A stretch of 64,000 nt of DNA from an uncultured candidate division Zixibacteria bacterium (lineage in GTDB: Bacteria; Zixibacteria; MSB-5A5; RBG-16-43-9). Numbering within the stretch: position 1 is the first letter of the stretch; every line of letters begins with the position of its first letter. Location of the stretch: NCBI GenBank assembly GCA_963713865.1, contig OY970208.1, positions 576,001 to 640,000 on the forward strand, given 5' to 3'. A program made the translations under genes and the position numbers. The notes under the pieces were generated by a model, which saw only the letters and a program-made list of their open reading frames with translations, had not been told where the DNA came from and did no database searches. This document shows, one piece after another, positions 17,453-26,912 of this stretch.

Positions 17453-18339
17453 AAAAACTCCTCTGGTTGAAAAACTTTTTCTTTTTTCTATTTATTTATT
17501 TTACCCTTTCCCCCTTATCTTCAGCTTCAGAAACTGAGACCTCTGCTGAAATTATCTCCGCTACCCAGTGGTTCAATCCTCAAAGGATAAATGTCTTCAT
17601 CATTTTAATTGTTTTTTTTGCCTTCGTGCTTTATTTCATCCAGAAGGCAAAGAAGGGAGGAAGCCTGTTTGTGCGCAGGATTGCAGGACTGGATGCAATT
17701 GAAGATGCAGTGGGAAGAGCAACTGAAATGGGAAAGCCAATCCTTTATATCTCCGGGATTGAGGATATGGACAATCTCCAGACCGTTGCCAGTATGATTA
17801 TTTTGGGTAATGTGGCTGAGATGGTTGCCGCTTATGATGTTCCTCTCATTGTTCCGGTTTGTCTCCCCTTTGTAGTGACAGTGGCTGAGGAATCTGTTAA
17901 ACAGGGTTATGCGAAAGCGGGACGGCCGGAGGCTTATAATCGCAATAATGTAAGGTTTCTGACCAGTGAGCAGTTTGCCTATGCGGCTGGGGTTAACGGG
18001 ATAATGCTTCGGGAGAAACCTGCAGCCAATTTTATGTTTGGTTCATTCTATGCGGAATCTCTGCTTATGGCTGAAACTGGTCTTTCAACTGGAGCTATTC
18101 AGGTAGCTGGGACTGCTAATATTCACCAGCTCCCCTTCTTTGTGGTAGCGTGTGACTTCACCCTTATCGGAGAAGAGCTTTTCGCTGCCTCTGCCTATCT
18201 TTCACGGGAACCCAAGCTTTTAGGCAGTTTAAAAGCCTCGGATTTAGCCAAGTTCTTGATAATGGTAATGTTAATATCTGGAGTTTTATTGGAAACTTTC
18301 GGAATTACAAAATTTACCTCCTGGTTTTTTGTGCAGTAG
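17449..18339 (+). CDS. Cassette 3 subunit A: DUF6754-like, lacking the FN3 domain
   Basis: Signal peptide, short linker, IAGLDAIEDAVGRATEMG, LIGEELFAASAYL. Confidence 0.8.
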   Translation: MKKLLWLKNFFFFLFIYFTLSPLSSASETETSAEIISATQWFNPQRINVFIILIVFFAFVLYFIQKAKKGGSLFVRRIAGLDAIEDAVGRATEMGKPILYISGIEDMDNLQTVASMIILGNVAEMVAAYDVPLIVPVCLPFVVTVAEESVKQGYAKAGRPEAYNRNNVRFLTSEQFAYAAGVNGIMLREKPAANFMFGSFYAESLLMAETGLSTGAIQVAGTANIHQLPFFVVACDFTLIGEELFAASAYLSREPKLLGSLKASDLAKFLIMVMLISGVLLETFGITKFTSWFFVQ

Positions 18340-18449
18340 AGAAGTGCAATCCGCCAAAAGCGGATTGTTGCTAATTTTAAATATGCAAGAGCAAGCTCTT
18401 GCACTCCGACAAGACGTGAGAAGTAAGAAGTGAAAAGATAAAAAAACCT

Positions 18450-19064
18450 ATGCGTAGAGAAGTTCCCATAATCATCTGTTTCTTAGCTGGAGCTTTCTTC
18501 ATTGGAAACTACTTCAGCCCCAAACTTCAGCCAGTAGCTCAGGTAGTTAATCAATGGGCAATAATTTGCATTGCCTTTGCCTATGTCCTGGGAGTTGCCA
18601 ATATCTTCAGGGTAAACTCTCAGGTAATAGCCAGGAAGGGTAAAGACTGGGTTTATAAAATCGTTTTAGTGGCAGGGTTAATCCTGATGATCTGTTTCGG
18701 AATCCTGGGTGAAGTCAGGGAAGGCACAGCTTTTAACTGGGTCTTTATGAACGCCATCTATCCTATGCAGGCGACAATGTTTGCCCTTTTAGCCTTTTAT
18801 ATCGCCTCAGCCGCCTTCAGGGCTTTCAGGATAAGAAGCTGGGAAGCCGCTCTCTTAGGAATTACCGCAGTCCTGGTGATGATCGGCAGGGTGCCGTTGG
18901 GTGAATTGGTTTGGAAAGGTTTCCCACTCTTTACTGAATGGATTATGAATGTCCCTCAGCTTGCAGCTAAAAGAGCCATAATGATTGGAGCGGCTTTAGG
19001 CGCCATCTCAACCGGAATCAAAGTTCTTATCGGACTGGAGAAAACCTATATGGGCGGAGAATAA
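18450..19064 (+). CDS. Cassette 3 subunit B
   Basis: MRREVP..TMFALLAFYIASAAFRAFR..IGLEKTYMG. Confidence 0.8.
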   Translation: MRREVPIIICFLAGAFFIGNYFSPKLQPVAQVVNQWAIICIAFAYVLGVANIFRVNSQVIARKGKDWVYKIVLVAGLILMICFGILGEVREGTAFNWVFMNAIYPMQATMFALLAFYIASAAFRAFRIRSWEAALLGITAVLVMIGRVPLGELVWKGFPLFTEWIMNVPQLAAKRAIMIGAALGAISTGIKVLIGLEKTYMGGE

Positions 19065-19072
19065 TTGTATCT

Positions 19073-19912
19073 ATGAAAAAATTCTTTGAAAAACTTGAGA
19101 AATTAGACCGAAGGATAATCTTTATCTTCGTGGCTATTGCCCTGATCTTACCCCTTTTTATCCCCTTGAATATCAAGTTCTCTGTTACCCAGCCGGTGCA
19201 AAGCTTTTACGATACTATAGAATCTTTACCTCCTGGCTCAAAAATCCTTTTGAGCGCCGATTATGACCCCGGCTCTATGCCGGAGCTCTGGCCAATGCAT
19301 CTGGCAGCAGTGAGACAACTCTGCAAAAGAGGTATAAAAATAATCTCCATCCAGCTCTGGGCAACTGGCTCCCCCTTAGTTGAAAGAGCTTTTAATGAAA
19401 TAGCCGTAGGTGAGTTTCATAAAAAGTATGGTGAGGATTTTGTGAATTTAGGTTTTAAAGAGGGAAGAGAGGTGGTAATGGTCTCCATGGGGAATTCAAT
19501 CCCCCAGACTTTCCCCACAGATTATCACGGTAATAAAACCGAAGATTTACCCATAATGCAAGGTGTAAAAAATTTCAGTGACTTAGGTATGATCGTTAAT
19601 ATCTCCGGGGGTCTTCCTGGAACCAAGGAATGGATTTTGCAGGTGGTTTCCCGTTTTCATATAAAGCTTGCCTCCGGCTGTACCGCAGTCAGTGCCCCGG
19701 AATTCTACCCCTATTTACAATCCGGGCAGTTAGTCGGACTTTTAGGCGGGATGAAAGGTGCGGCAGAATATGAACAACTAGTAGGGGTTACAGGATTGGG
19801 CAAAAGGGGTATGGACTCACAGTCTGTAGCTCATTTAGTGATCTTTTTATTCATCCTGATCGGGAACATTGCTTATTTTTCAACCAGAGGAATGAAAAAG
19901 GAGAAAAGCTAA
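19073..19912 (+). CDS. Cassette 3 subunit C
   Basis: DRRIIF, DYDP..PELWP, YPYLQSGQLVGLLGGMKGAAEYE. Confidence 0.8.
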   Translation: MKKFFEKLEKLDRRIIFIFVAIALILPLFIPLNIKFSVTQPVQSFYDTIESLPPGSKILLSADYDPGSMPELWPMHLAAVRQLCKRGIKIISIQLWATGSPLVERAFNEIAVGEFHKKYGEDFVNLGFKEGREVVMVSMGNSIPQTFPTDYHGNKTEDLPIMQGVKNFSDLGMIVNISGGLPGTKEWILQVVSRFHIKLASGCTAVSAPEFYPYLQSGQLVGLLGGMKGAAEYEQLVGVTGLGKRGMDSQSVAHLVIFLFILIGNIAYFSTRGMKKEKS

Positions 19913-19917
19913 TAAAT

Positions 19918-20596
19918 ATGCCTTCATCTGAATTCATAGGAACCTGGCTTGCCGCAGGACTAACCATATTTTGTTTCAGTTTCTTATATAAGGATAACCC
20001 TTTTTATAAGTTTGCGGAACATCTCTATGTGGGAATCTCTGCTGGCTATTGGACCTCTATGGAATATCACAACGTATTCTTACCTAACCTTTGGGATCCC
20101 CTGATGAGACTGGACTTGAATCTTCTCTTCTCTTTTCCTGAGCTTGGATTTGCAATGATGTGGCAATCTATGATCCTTATAGTCCCATTCATTTTTGGAA
20201 TCTTACTTTTTACCCGCCTTACTAAGAATTTTGGCTGGCTTTCCCGCTGGTCAATGGCTTTAATCATCGGCATATTTGCCGGAATCGCTATTATAGGATA
20301 CAGCACCGGTGATTTAATAACCCAGATCTATGCCAACCTGCTTCCATTATGGACCGGCAACTGGCTTTCCTCTTTGAATAATATCATTTTAATCATAGGG
20401 GTTATTACTTCTCTAATCTACTTTTTCTTCTCCAAGGAGCACAAGGGGACTTTAGGTGGTGCCGCCAAGATCGGGGTTCTGGTTTCTGATGATCTCCTTT
20501 GGCGCCTCCTTCGGGTATACGGTTATGTCCCGTATGTCCCTTTTAATCGGCAGGATCTATTTTATTTTTGGAGAGTGGCTGAGATTGATAAAATAA
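19918..20596 (+). CDS. Cassette 3 subunit D, with an apparent +1 frameshift at ~20477 (probable sequence error)
   Basis: Removing one T gives KIGVWFLMISFGASFGYTVMSRMSLLIGRIYFIFGEWLRLIK*, nearly identical to the D1 C-terminus. Confidence 0.8.
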
Positions 20597-20785
20597 AAAG
20601 TGGTAGGAGTACGTTGTCCCTCCTTTGGCGGGATGCCCCTTGTATATTATATTTATGGTTATATTTTATGAGAGCATAAGGGAAACAACCCTTCAAATTA
20701 GAATAGGAGGGAACCTTGCCGACAGATCGTTTGCCCCTACAATATTTCCCAAAACACCTCTCTTAATTTATTACCACTCAGAAAT

Positions 20786-20812
20786 AAAAAAGCCCCCTTC
20801 CGGGGGCTTTTT
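20786..20812. terminator. Bidirectional intrinsic terminator
   Basis: AAAAAAGCCCCC-TTCC-GGGGGCTTTTT between convergent genes. Confidence 0.85.
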
Positions 20813-20825
20813 CATAATTATAAAT

Positions 20826-22529
20826 TTATTTCTTCTTTAAAAGAGTCGAGCTTAAAGAAACTTTTTTAGTTACAGTTAATCCTCCTCTGGGATCACTATC
20901 CGTTACACTGATTGTGGCACTTTTTATGGTAGTATCTGTTGGTGCAGTAAAGAATAAGTTAGAGGTTTCTCCATAGCCATTGGTGATTTTAGGCGAGCCA
21001 GAGATCGAACCGGAGGTAACAGTGGCAGAGATAGAATGACCTCCTAAGGGGTTACCTGCCCGATCCTTGATTATAACTGTAAAGGGCTCAGTAGCCCCAT
21101 AAGCCACTGTTCCTGTAATATCTACCAAACAGCTCTTATAATAAGCATAGCCGGTTAAGAAATTCACTTGAACCGTAGCAGAAGCAAAGCCTGATTTTGC
21201 AGTCAGGTTGGAGACTGCACCAATACCATCGTCAGGAGAAACCGGTGAATAATCCCTGGTTAGAACCTGGCTGACAAGCTTGGTTTCAAAACTTGAAGTA
21301 TTTACACCATCTGACGTAGCACCAGAACCACAAGAACCGAAATCTGTTTCCATATTGACTGCAGTCCCGTCCACTACGAAATTCCCATTAAGATCCAGAA
21401 CACTAACTTCAACATCTCCTTTGGATACTCCATCTGCTAACAGAGACTCGGGATAAGTTATGAAGGTAATAGAATACGGTGGACCGGAAACGATCAACAC
21501 TCCAGTATCAGCCACTGTCCCGCCTGAGGTAGAAGCCCAAATATAAGCCAGTCCGTCATTTCTCGGTTCACCTGAATGATAAGCTGATGTTGCCAATCCT
21601 CCCGAAGTTAAAGTATAGGCATCCACCATCCCCTCTTCTGTTCCGAAATAGACTGCGGTGCTGTCCTGAACCGGATTACCATAAACGTCATCTACCATAG
21701 CTAAGACATCTGCAGTAGCATTCACCACGTCCCACCCTCGAATATTTAAAGGTTTAATCCCTAAGGTGAGATAAGCTGGAGGACCCGCATGAATTGCTAC
21801 ACGGGTAACCCTGGAACGGATCGAATCCACCTCTGCCCTTAACTCTACAGTGCCGGAGATGGTTCCGCTGTTCAAGGTTACAAACGCACATCCTGAATCA
21901 TTTGTTTCCTTGGTAACCGGCCCATAATCCTGATCCTCAAGATTTTCACCTCCGTGCGGACCATTTAAAATCCGGACAACAATCTCATTCCCCGACCCGA
22001 CTCTTCCTCCATATTCATTATAACCCACTGCTAATAAAACTGAAGACTCTATCCCTCCGGTTCCTTTAACCTGAATAGAAGGCCGGGTTGAGTAGAACTC
22101 AATGCTGGTAATTGAGCCTGAAGGCGTCGGAGTAGTAGTAATACGTAAAGTCGTGGTTATAGTATCGCCAGTTATTACCGCCTGCAAAGTAACTGTGCCT
22201 GTATCAGTGGAGATAAAATAGGTGGAGGCTATTCCTGAAACATCAGTCGTGTCAAAACTATTTCTGAAGGAGCCTGAAGAGGAAGTCGTGGCTGAGAAAT
22301 TAACCCGGATATTAGCCAAGGGATCGTCGTTTTGGTCTACGACCTGAGCCCGGACCAAACTCGAATCCCCTACCTGAATAGAAGTGGGGGAAGCGCTGAA
22401 TGACTTTAAAAGCTGTTGAGTTTCCGAAGAAGGAGATGAGGTAGATTTCTTCTTACATCCTACAGTGAAGATTACTAATGTCAATGATATGAAAGCTATC
22501 CAGAAAATAAATGATACTTTTCTTTTCAT
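20826..22529 (-). CDS. Surface lipoprotein with tandem bacterial Ig-like (Big_1/invasin-type) domains
   Basis: Lipobox TVGC; repeated D..GNPV.D.T.V.F and T...G.A motifs; LLADGVS. Confidence 0.8.
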   Translation of the reverse strand: MKRKVSFIFWIAFISLTLVIFTVGCKKKSTSSPSSETQQLLKSFSASPTSIQVGDSSLVRAQVVDQNDDPLANIRVNFSATTSSSGSFRNSFDTTDVSGIASTYFISTDTGTVTLQAVITGDTITTTLRITTTPTPSGSITSIEFYSTRPSIQVKGTGGIESSVLLAVGYNEYGGRVGSGNEIVVRILNGPHGGENLEDQDYGPVTKETNDSGCAFVTLNSGTISGTVELRAEVDSIRSRVTRVAIHAGPPAYLTLGIKPLNIRGWDVVNATADVLAMVDDVYGNPVQDSTAVYFGTEEGMVDAYTLTSGGLATSAYHSGEPRNDGLAYIWASTSGGTVADTGVLIVSGPPYSITFITYPESLLADGVSKGDVEVSVLDLNGNFVVDGTAVNMETDFGSCGSGATSDGVNTSSFETKLVSQVLTRDYSPVSPDDGIGAVSNLTAKSGFASATVQVNFLTGYAYYKSCLVDITGTVAYGATEPFTVIIKDRAGNPLGGHSISATVTSGSISGSPKITNGYGETSNLFFTAPTDTTIKSATISVTDSDPRGGLTVTKKVSLSSTLLKKK

Positions 22530-22779
22530 AACCACTCCCTTTTTAAAGATTTTTTGCATATAAGATTATTCTAAATAGATTTATCGGCAGGTTTAACTAA
22601 GAGTTTAGAGGAAAAGATGTTGTAGCGGAAACCTTCAGGTTTCCAGAATTAAATGGAGGGTAACGTTGCCAATCCTGCTCTACGGGGGCTTGCTCTGGCA
22701 ACGATCGTCAGGATTTTGGAGTATAAACCTTCAGGTTTATCAAATTAAGGTAAAGCTAAAGCTTTACACTCCAGTCAAT

Positions 22780-23133
22780 TTATATCACCAGAAGATCTCT
22801 TACCTTTTCTTTTAGCTCAGATAGATTGGAGGATTTGATAAGATAGGCATCTGCGATCCATGAGGAGAAATCGGACTTGAAAGTCTCATAGGCAGAATTT
22901 AAAATTACCGGCAGGTCTTTGTTAAACTCTTTTATCTTTTTCAGTACCTCTAATCCATGTAGCTTTTTTATCTTTATGTCCAGAATCACCAGGTCCGGAA
23001 GCTCTTTTTTGGTTTTCAAAATCGCTTCTTCGCCATCCGCAGTAGTCAGAACCTCGTACCCATCATCTTGAAGCTCTTCTCTATAAAGCTCTAAAAGATA
23101 AGGCTCATCTTCCACCAATAGAATCTTATACAT
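22780..23133 (-). CDS. Single-domain response regulator (receiver)
   Basis: ILLVEDE, PDLVILDI, PVILNSA, YLIK. Confidence 0.9.
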   Translation of the reverse strand: MYKILLVEDEPYLLELYREELQDDGYEVLTTADGEEAILKTKKELPDLVILDIKIKKLHGLEVLKKIKEFNKDLPVILNSAYETFKSDFSSWIADAYLIKSSNLSELKEKVRDLLVI

Positions 23134-23167
23134 TAAAAATCCTCAACTTCTTTAAATCTCTTCTTAT

Positions 23168-24802
23168 TTAGAAGGGTAGATACACTGCAAACTTCGTTCC
23201 CTTGTTCACCTCGCTTTTTACTTCTATATAACCAGAATGGTCTGCGATTATCTTCTTGCTTACTGGAAGTCCCAAGCCTGAGCCTTTTGGTTTGGTGGTG
23301 AAAAAAGGGATGTATAATTTCTGCAGATTCTCCTCATTTATTCCACAGCCGGTATCCTCGATCTCGAATATGGCAAAATCCTCTTTCTTTTTAGTCTTAA
23401 CGGTCAAAAATCCCCCCTGGGGCATAGCATCAATGGCATTCTCGATCAGGTTGAAAAGAACCTGCTCAATCCTTTTAGGATCAACTTCTAAAATCGGAGT
23501 ATCTAATAATAATCTTGTTCTTAATTTAACCCCGTTATATTTTAACTGATCTTTCAAAACCTCTAAGGCATCCCGTATTAATTTATTCAGATCTTTTTTC
23601 TCATAATTTAACTTCGTGGGTTTAGAATAGTCCAGAATTTCTGAGGTGATCTTCTCTAACCTCTCGGTCTCTTTTACGATAACCTCTAACTCATGGGAAC
23701 AAAGCTTCCCCTGCTCTGCCTGCTTTAAAGCTCTGCGGGCATAACCGCCTATGGCTACTAAAGGGGTCTTTATCTCGTGAGCTACGGTAGTGGCTATCTT
23801 TCCGATATCCACCCATCTCTCCGTCTGTAAAAGATAGCTCTGATTTTCTCTTAAAAGCTTTGTGGCGAGCTCTAACTCCTTTTGCCTTTGTTTTAACTCC
23901 TGTAACAAGAGGATGTTTTCAATCTGATAAGCGGCTTGATTGGCAAAAGTCTCCAGGCCGACACGGTCCTCTTCCAGTATCTCATTTTTGGTGATGAGAT
24001 TATCAACTACTAAAAGACCTAAGGGTATGTTTTCTGAAAGGATAGGTATAAGCATAAATCCAGTTAAGCTAAAAAGATTTAAAACCTCTCCGGGGTTTAA
24101 ACCCGAAAGCTCTTTACTTTTTAGATTATAACTTCTTCTCTCCAAAACCGCTTTCACTAAAATATTCTCCTTTTCCTGTAGAGAAAAAGATAATCCTTTT
24201 ACCCTGTCGGTGAGCTCATTCTCTTCTTCTTCTGATAAAAGCACATTCTCTAACATCTGCTCAAAAGTTATCTTATCCTGTTTTATCTTTGACCAGATCC
24301 TTGAAGCCTCCGCTTCATCTTTGGGACCCAATCCCACGCTTCCCTCCAAGCTTTGAGTTTTTGGATTTACCAGGAAGATGAAAGCTCGGTTAAACCCGAA
24401 TACCTCACCGGCTGTCACCCCCGTTAAGATTATCCTTAAGGTTTTATCCAGATCCTTGGACTGCAGTAGGGCATCCGATACCTTTTTCAGAAGAGAAAGC
24501 TCCTCTAATTTCTTTTTAAGGTCTGTGTAGATCTTATCCAGCTGGCTATCGTATTTCGTTACCTGCTCAATCAGAGATTTTAGAGACTCTTCTGCAATCC
24601 GGTCAGCGGTCCTCCTTCCCGCCATTCTTGAGGAAAATTCCAGGAAAACACTGCACTCCAAGCAGTTTCCCAATTTTTTATCTGAAGGGAAAAGGCATTC
24701 CACCTTATCCCCTGAAGCCAAAAACTTGAGCCAGCAGCTTTCCTGCTCCTCTTCACCCGGAGAAAAACAGGAATGCGGATTATCTAAAAAATCAAATTTC
24801 AT
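23168..24802 (-). CDS. Cytoplasmic sensor histidine kinase (Cys-rich N-terminus, GAF, HisKA, HATPase)
   Basis: AHEIKTPL H-box, NLIENAIDA, DTGCGI, PFFTTK, GSGLGL; GAF with GFNRA; no TM. Confidence 0.9.
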   Translation of the reverse strand: MKFDFLDNPHSCFSPGEEEQESCWLKFLASGDKVECLFPSDKKLGNCLECSVFLEFSSRMAGRRTADRIAEESLKSLIEQVTKYDSQLDKIYTDLKKKLEELSLLKKVSDALLQSKDLDKTLRIILTGVTAGEVFGFNRAFIFLVNPKTQSLEGSVGLGPKDEAEASRIWSKIKQDKITFEQMLENVLLSEEEENELTDRVKGLSFSLQEKENILVKAVLERRSYNLKSKELSGLNPGEVLNLFSLTGFMLIPILSENIPLGLLVVDNLITKNEILEEDRVGLETFANQAAYQIENILLLQELKQRQKELELATKLLRENQSYLLQTERWVDIGKIATTVAHEIKTPLVAIGGYARRALKQAEQGKLCSHELEVIVKETERLEKITSEILDYSKPTKLNYEKKDLNKLIRDALEVLKDQLKYNGVKLRTRLLLDTPILEVDPKRIEQVLFNLIENAIDAMPQGGFLTVKTKKKEDFAIFEIEDTGCGINEENLQKLYIPFFTTKPKGSGLGLPVSKKIIADHSGYIEVKSEVNKGTKFAVYLPF

Positions 24803-24827
24803 TTCCCCCTCCAGGGTTTCATAAAAA

Positions 24828-24855
24828 ATTATACTATTATAAACTAGTTTGTCAA
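24828..24855 (-). promoter_or_regulatory. Sigma70-type promoter for the kinase/receiver operon
   Basis: Minus-strand TTGACA-N16-TATAAT. Confidence 0.6.
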
Positions 24856-24901
24856 GAATTTTATGTTGACATCTTATAGATTTATTTTAATTTTTACTCT
24901 T

Positions 24902-25792
24902 ATGAATAACGTTAGCCTTTCCTCAGGACTTAAACTCGGGGAAAAAATTCAGGAATTGATCAAAATCGCCTTAGAGGAAGACCTGGGACCAGGAGATATA
25001 ACCTCGAATCTCATCATCCCGGAGATGAAAAAAGGACAGGGGGTAATTATTGCCAAGGAGAAAGGCGTAATTGCCGGGCTTGAAGTGGCAAAGTCGGTCT
25101 TTAAGCAAGTTGACCCGAAATTGGTCTTTAAGCCTTTTGTCCGGGATGGAGCGGAAGTAAAAAAAGAAGATAAGGTTGCCTTGATTCAGGGTAAAGTGAA
25201 AAGTATTTTAGTAGCTGAGAGAACCGCCTTAAATTTTCTTTCGAGACTTTCCGGAATTGCTACTCTAACCAAAGATTTTGTTAAGAAAACTAAAGGAACA
25301 AAGGTTAAACTCTTGGATACCCGTAAGACCACTCCGGGTTTAAGACTTTTAGAAAAATATGCAGTCAAAATCGGTGGTGGGGAAAATCATCGTATCGGTC
25401 TTTACGATATGATTTTAATTAAGGACAATCATATTACCTCAGCCGGGGGTATCTCCTCTGCCCTGAAAAAGGCACAGGCATGCAAAAAAGGGTTCAGAGT
25501 TGAAATCGAAACCAAAAATCTAAAAGAAGTAGAAGAGACTTTGAACTTTAAGGCTGATAAAAGCCTAAAGGTTCCTGAAGTTGACCGAATTATGCTTGAT
25601 AATTTCAGCCCTAAAGATTTAAAAAAAGCAGTTAAGCTAATCCGTTCTAAAGATAAAAAAGTTGAAATCGAAGCCTCGGGCAGGGTTAATCTTAAAAATG
25701 TGAGAAAGATCGCCTTGAGCGGAGTTGACTATATCTCCGTGGGGGCACTGACCCATTCTGTCAAACCCTTGGATTTAAGCCTGATTTTCTGA
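24902..25792 (+). CDS. nadC: Nicotinate-nucleotide pyrophosphorylase (quinolinate phosphoribosyltransferase)
   Basis: ALEED..GDITS, ERTALN, DTRKTTPG, NHR.GL.D.ILIKDNH, IMLDNF, EASG, ISVGALTHS. Confidence 0.95.
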   Translation: MNNVSLSSGLKLGEKIQELIKIALEEDLGPGDITSNLIIPEMKKGQGVIIAKEKGVIAGLEVAKSVFKQVDPKLVFKPFVRDGAEVKKEDKVALIQGKVKSILVAERTALNFLSRLSGIATLTKDFVKKTKGTKVKLLDTRKTTPGLRLLEKYAVKIGGGENHRIGLYDMILIKDNHITSAGGISSALKKAQACKKGFRVEIETKNLKEVEETLNFKADKSLKVPEVDRIMLDNFSPKDLKKAVKLIRSKDKKVEIEASGRVNLKNVRKIALSGVDYISVGALTHSVKPLDLSLIF

Positions 25793-25823
25793 GGGACTAA
25801 TTTATAGGAAAAGTGAATAAACG

Positions 25824-26799
25824 ATGCTCGAAGCGATTTTAACCCTGCTTAAAAGAGAAAAAAAATCTACATCAGATGGATTAAGTGCCGGTTTCCTTTC
25901 TTCCTCTCTGAACCTGCCTCTACATTCAATTTATGACGGGATGGTTGAACTGAGAAAACTTGGATATAAGATCGAAGCTGAAAAAGGGAAAGGTTACAAA
26001 CTTGTTTCTTTGCCAGAACGCCTTTATCCCCTTAGAGATAAATTATAATCTGAAGACTAAAATCTTGGGGAAAAAGATTTATTCTTACCGGGTATTGAAA
26101 TCGACCAACGATTTAGCCTATAGATTAGCTGAGGAAAAAGCTCCAGAAGGGACTTTGATTGTGGCTGAGAAACAGACCTCTGGCAAAGGAAGATTAGGCC
26201 GGAAATGGTTCTCCCCTCCAGATAAAGGTATCTGGATGAGTTTGATTTTGAGACCAAAAATCCCCCCAGTTAAAGCTCCAGGACTCTCCCTCTGCGCTGG
26301 CTTAGCTCTGATTAAGACAATAAGGGATAAGACCGGCCTTGAGGTAGATTTGAAATGGCCCAACGATTGCCTGATTGGAGGGAAAAAAGTGGCTGGCATC
26401 CTGCTTGAGCTTTCTGCGGAGTTAGATAAAATAGATTTTATCATTATCGGGGTGGGAATAAATGTAAATCAAACCCAGAACGATTTTCCCAAGAATTTGA
26501 AAGGTAAAGCTACCTCAATTTTTCTTGAATCAAAAGATAAATTCTCCAGGGTAGAGCTTCTAAAAAGCTTTCTGGAGAGATTTGAAAAGATTTATTTGAA
26601 TTTCAAAACCTTTGGATTGAAATTTTATCGTGAGGATATAAAAAAATCCTCATCTTTGTTGGGTAAAAAGGTAAAACTGTTATATGGGGAGGAAAAACTA
26701 AAAGGAGTCGTTAAAGACATTGATGAGAACGGCTCATTAGTGCTTGAAACCCGTAAGGGAGAAAAAACTGTAACCGCAGGAGAAGTTACTTTGATTTAG
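25824..26799 (+). CDS. birA: Bifunctional biotin ligase/repressor, apparent +1 frameshift at ~26017 between the HTH and catalytic domains
   Basis: HTH ..LRKLGYKIE..GKGYKL; STND, QTSGKGRLGRKW, KWPND, KVAGIL, GVGINVN. Confidence 0.88.
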
Positions 26800-26912
26800 A
26801 GATATTTTGGAGTGTAAACCTTTCCTACGGATCCGTTTATAGGATAGATTTACTTATGGTAAAGCTATCCATCTCAGGCGGATATGCTGCCGTTAACTTT
26901 TCAGGAGGAAAT

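Noticed and set aside
20480-20840. C-terminal tail of ORF 19918-20679 and ORF 20625-20840
   Set aside because: Out-of-frame read-through after the frameshift, running over repeat and terminator DNA
25824-26799. Programmed ribosomal frameshift or true split of birA
   Set aside because: The break shares a double-stranded motif with three other frameshifts in the opposite coding orientation, favouring a DNA-level artefact
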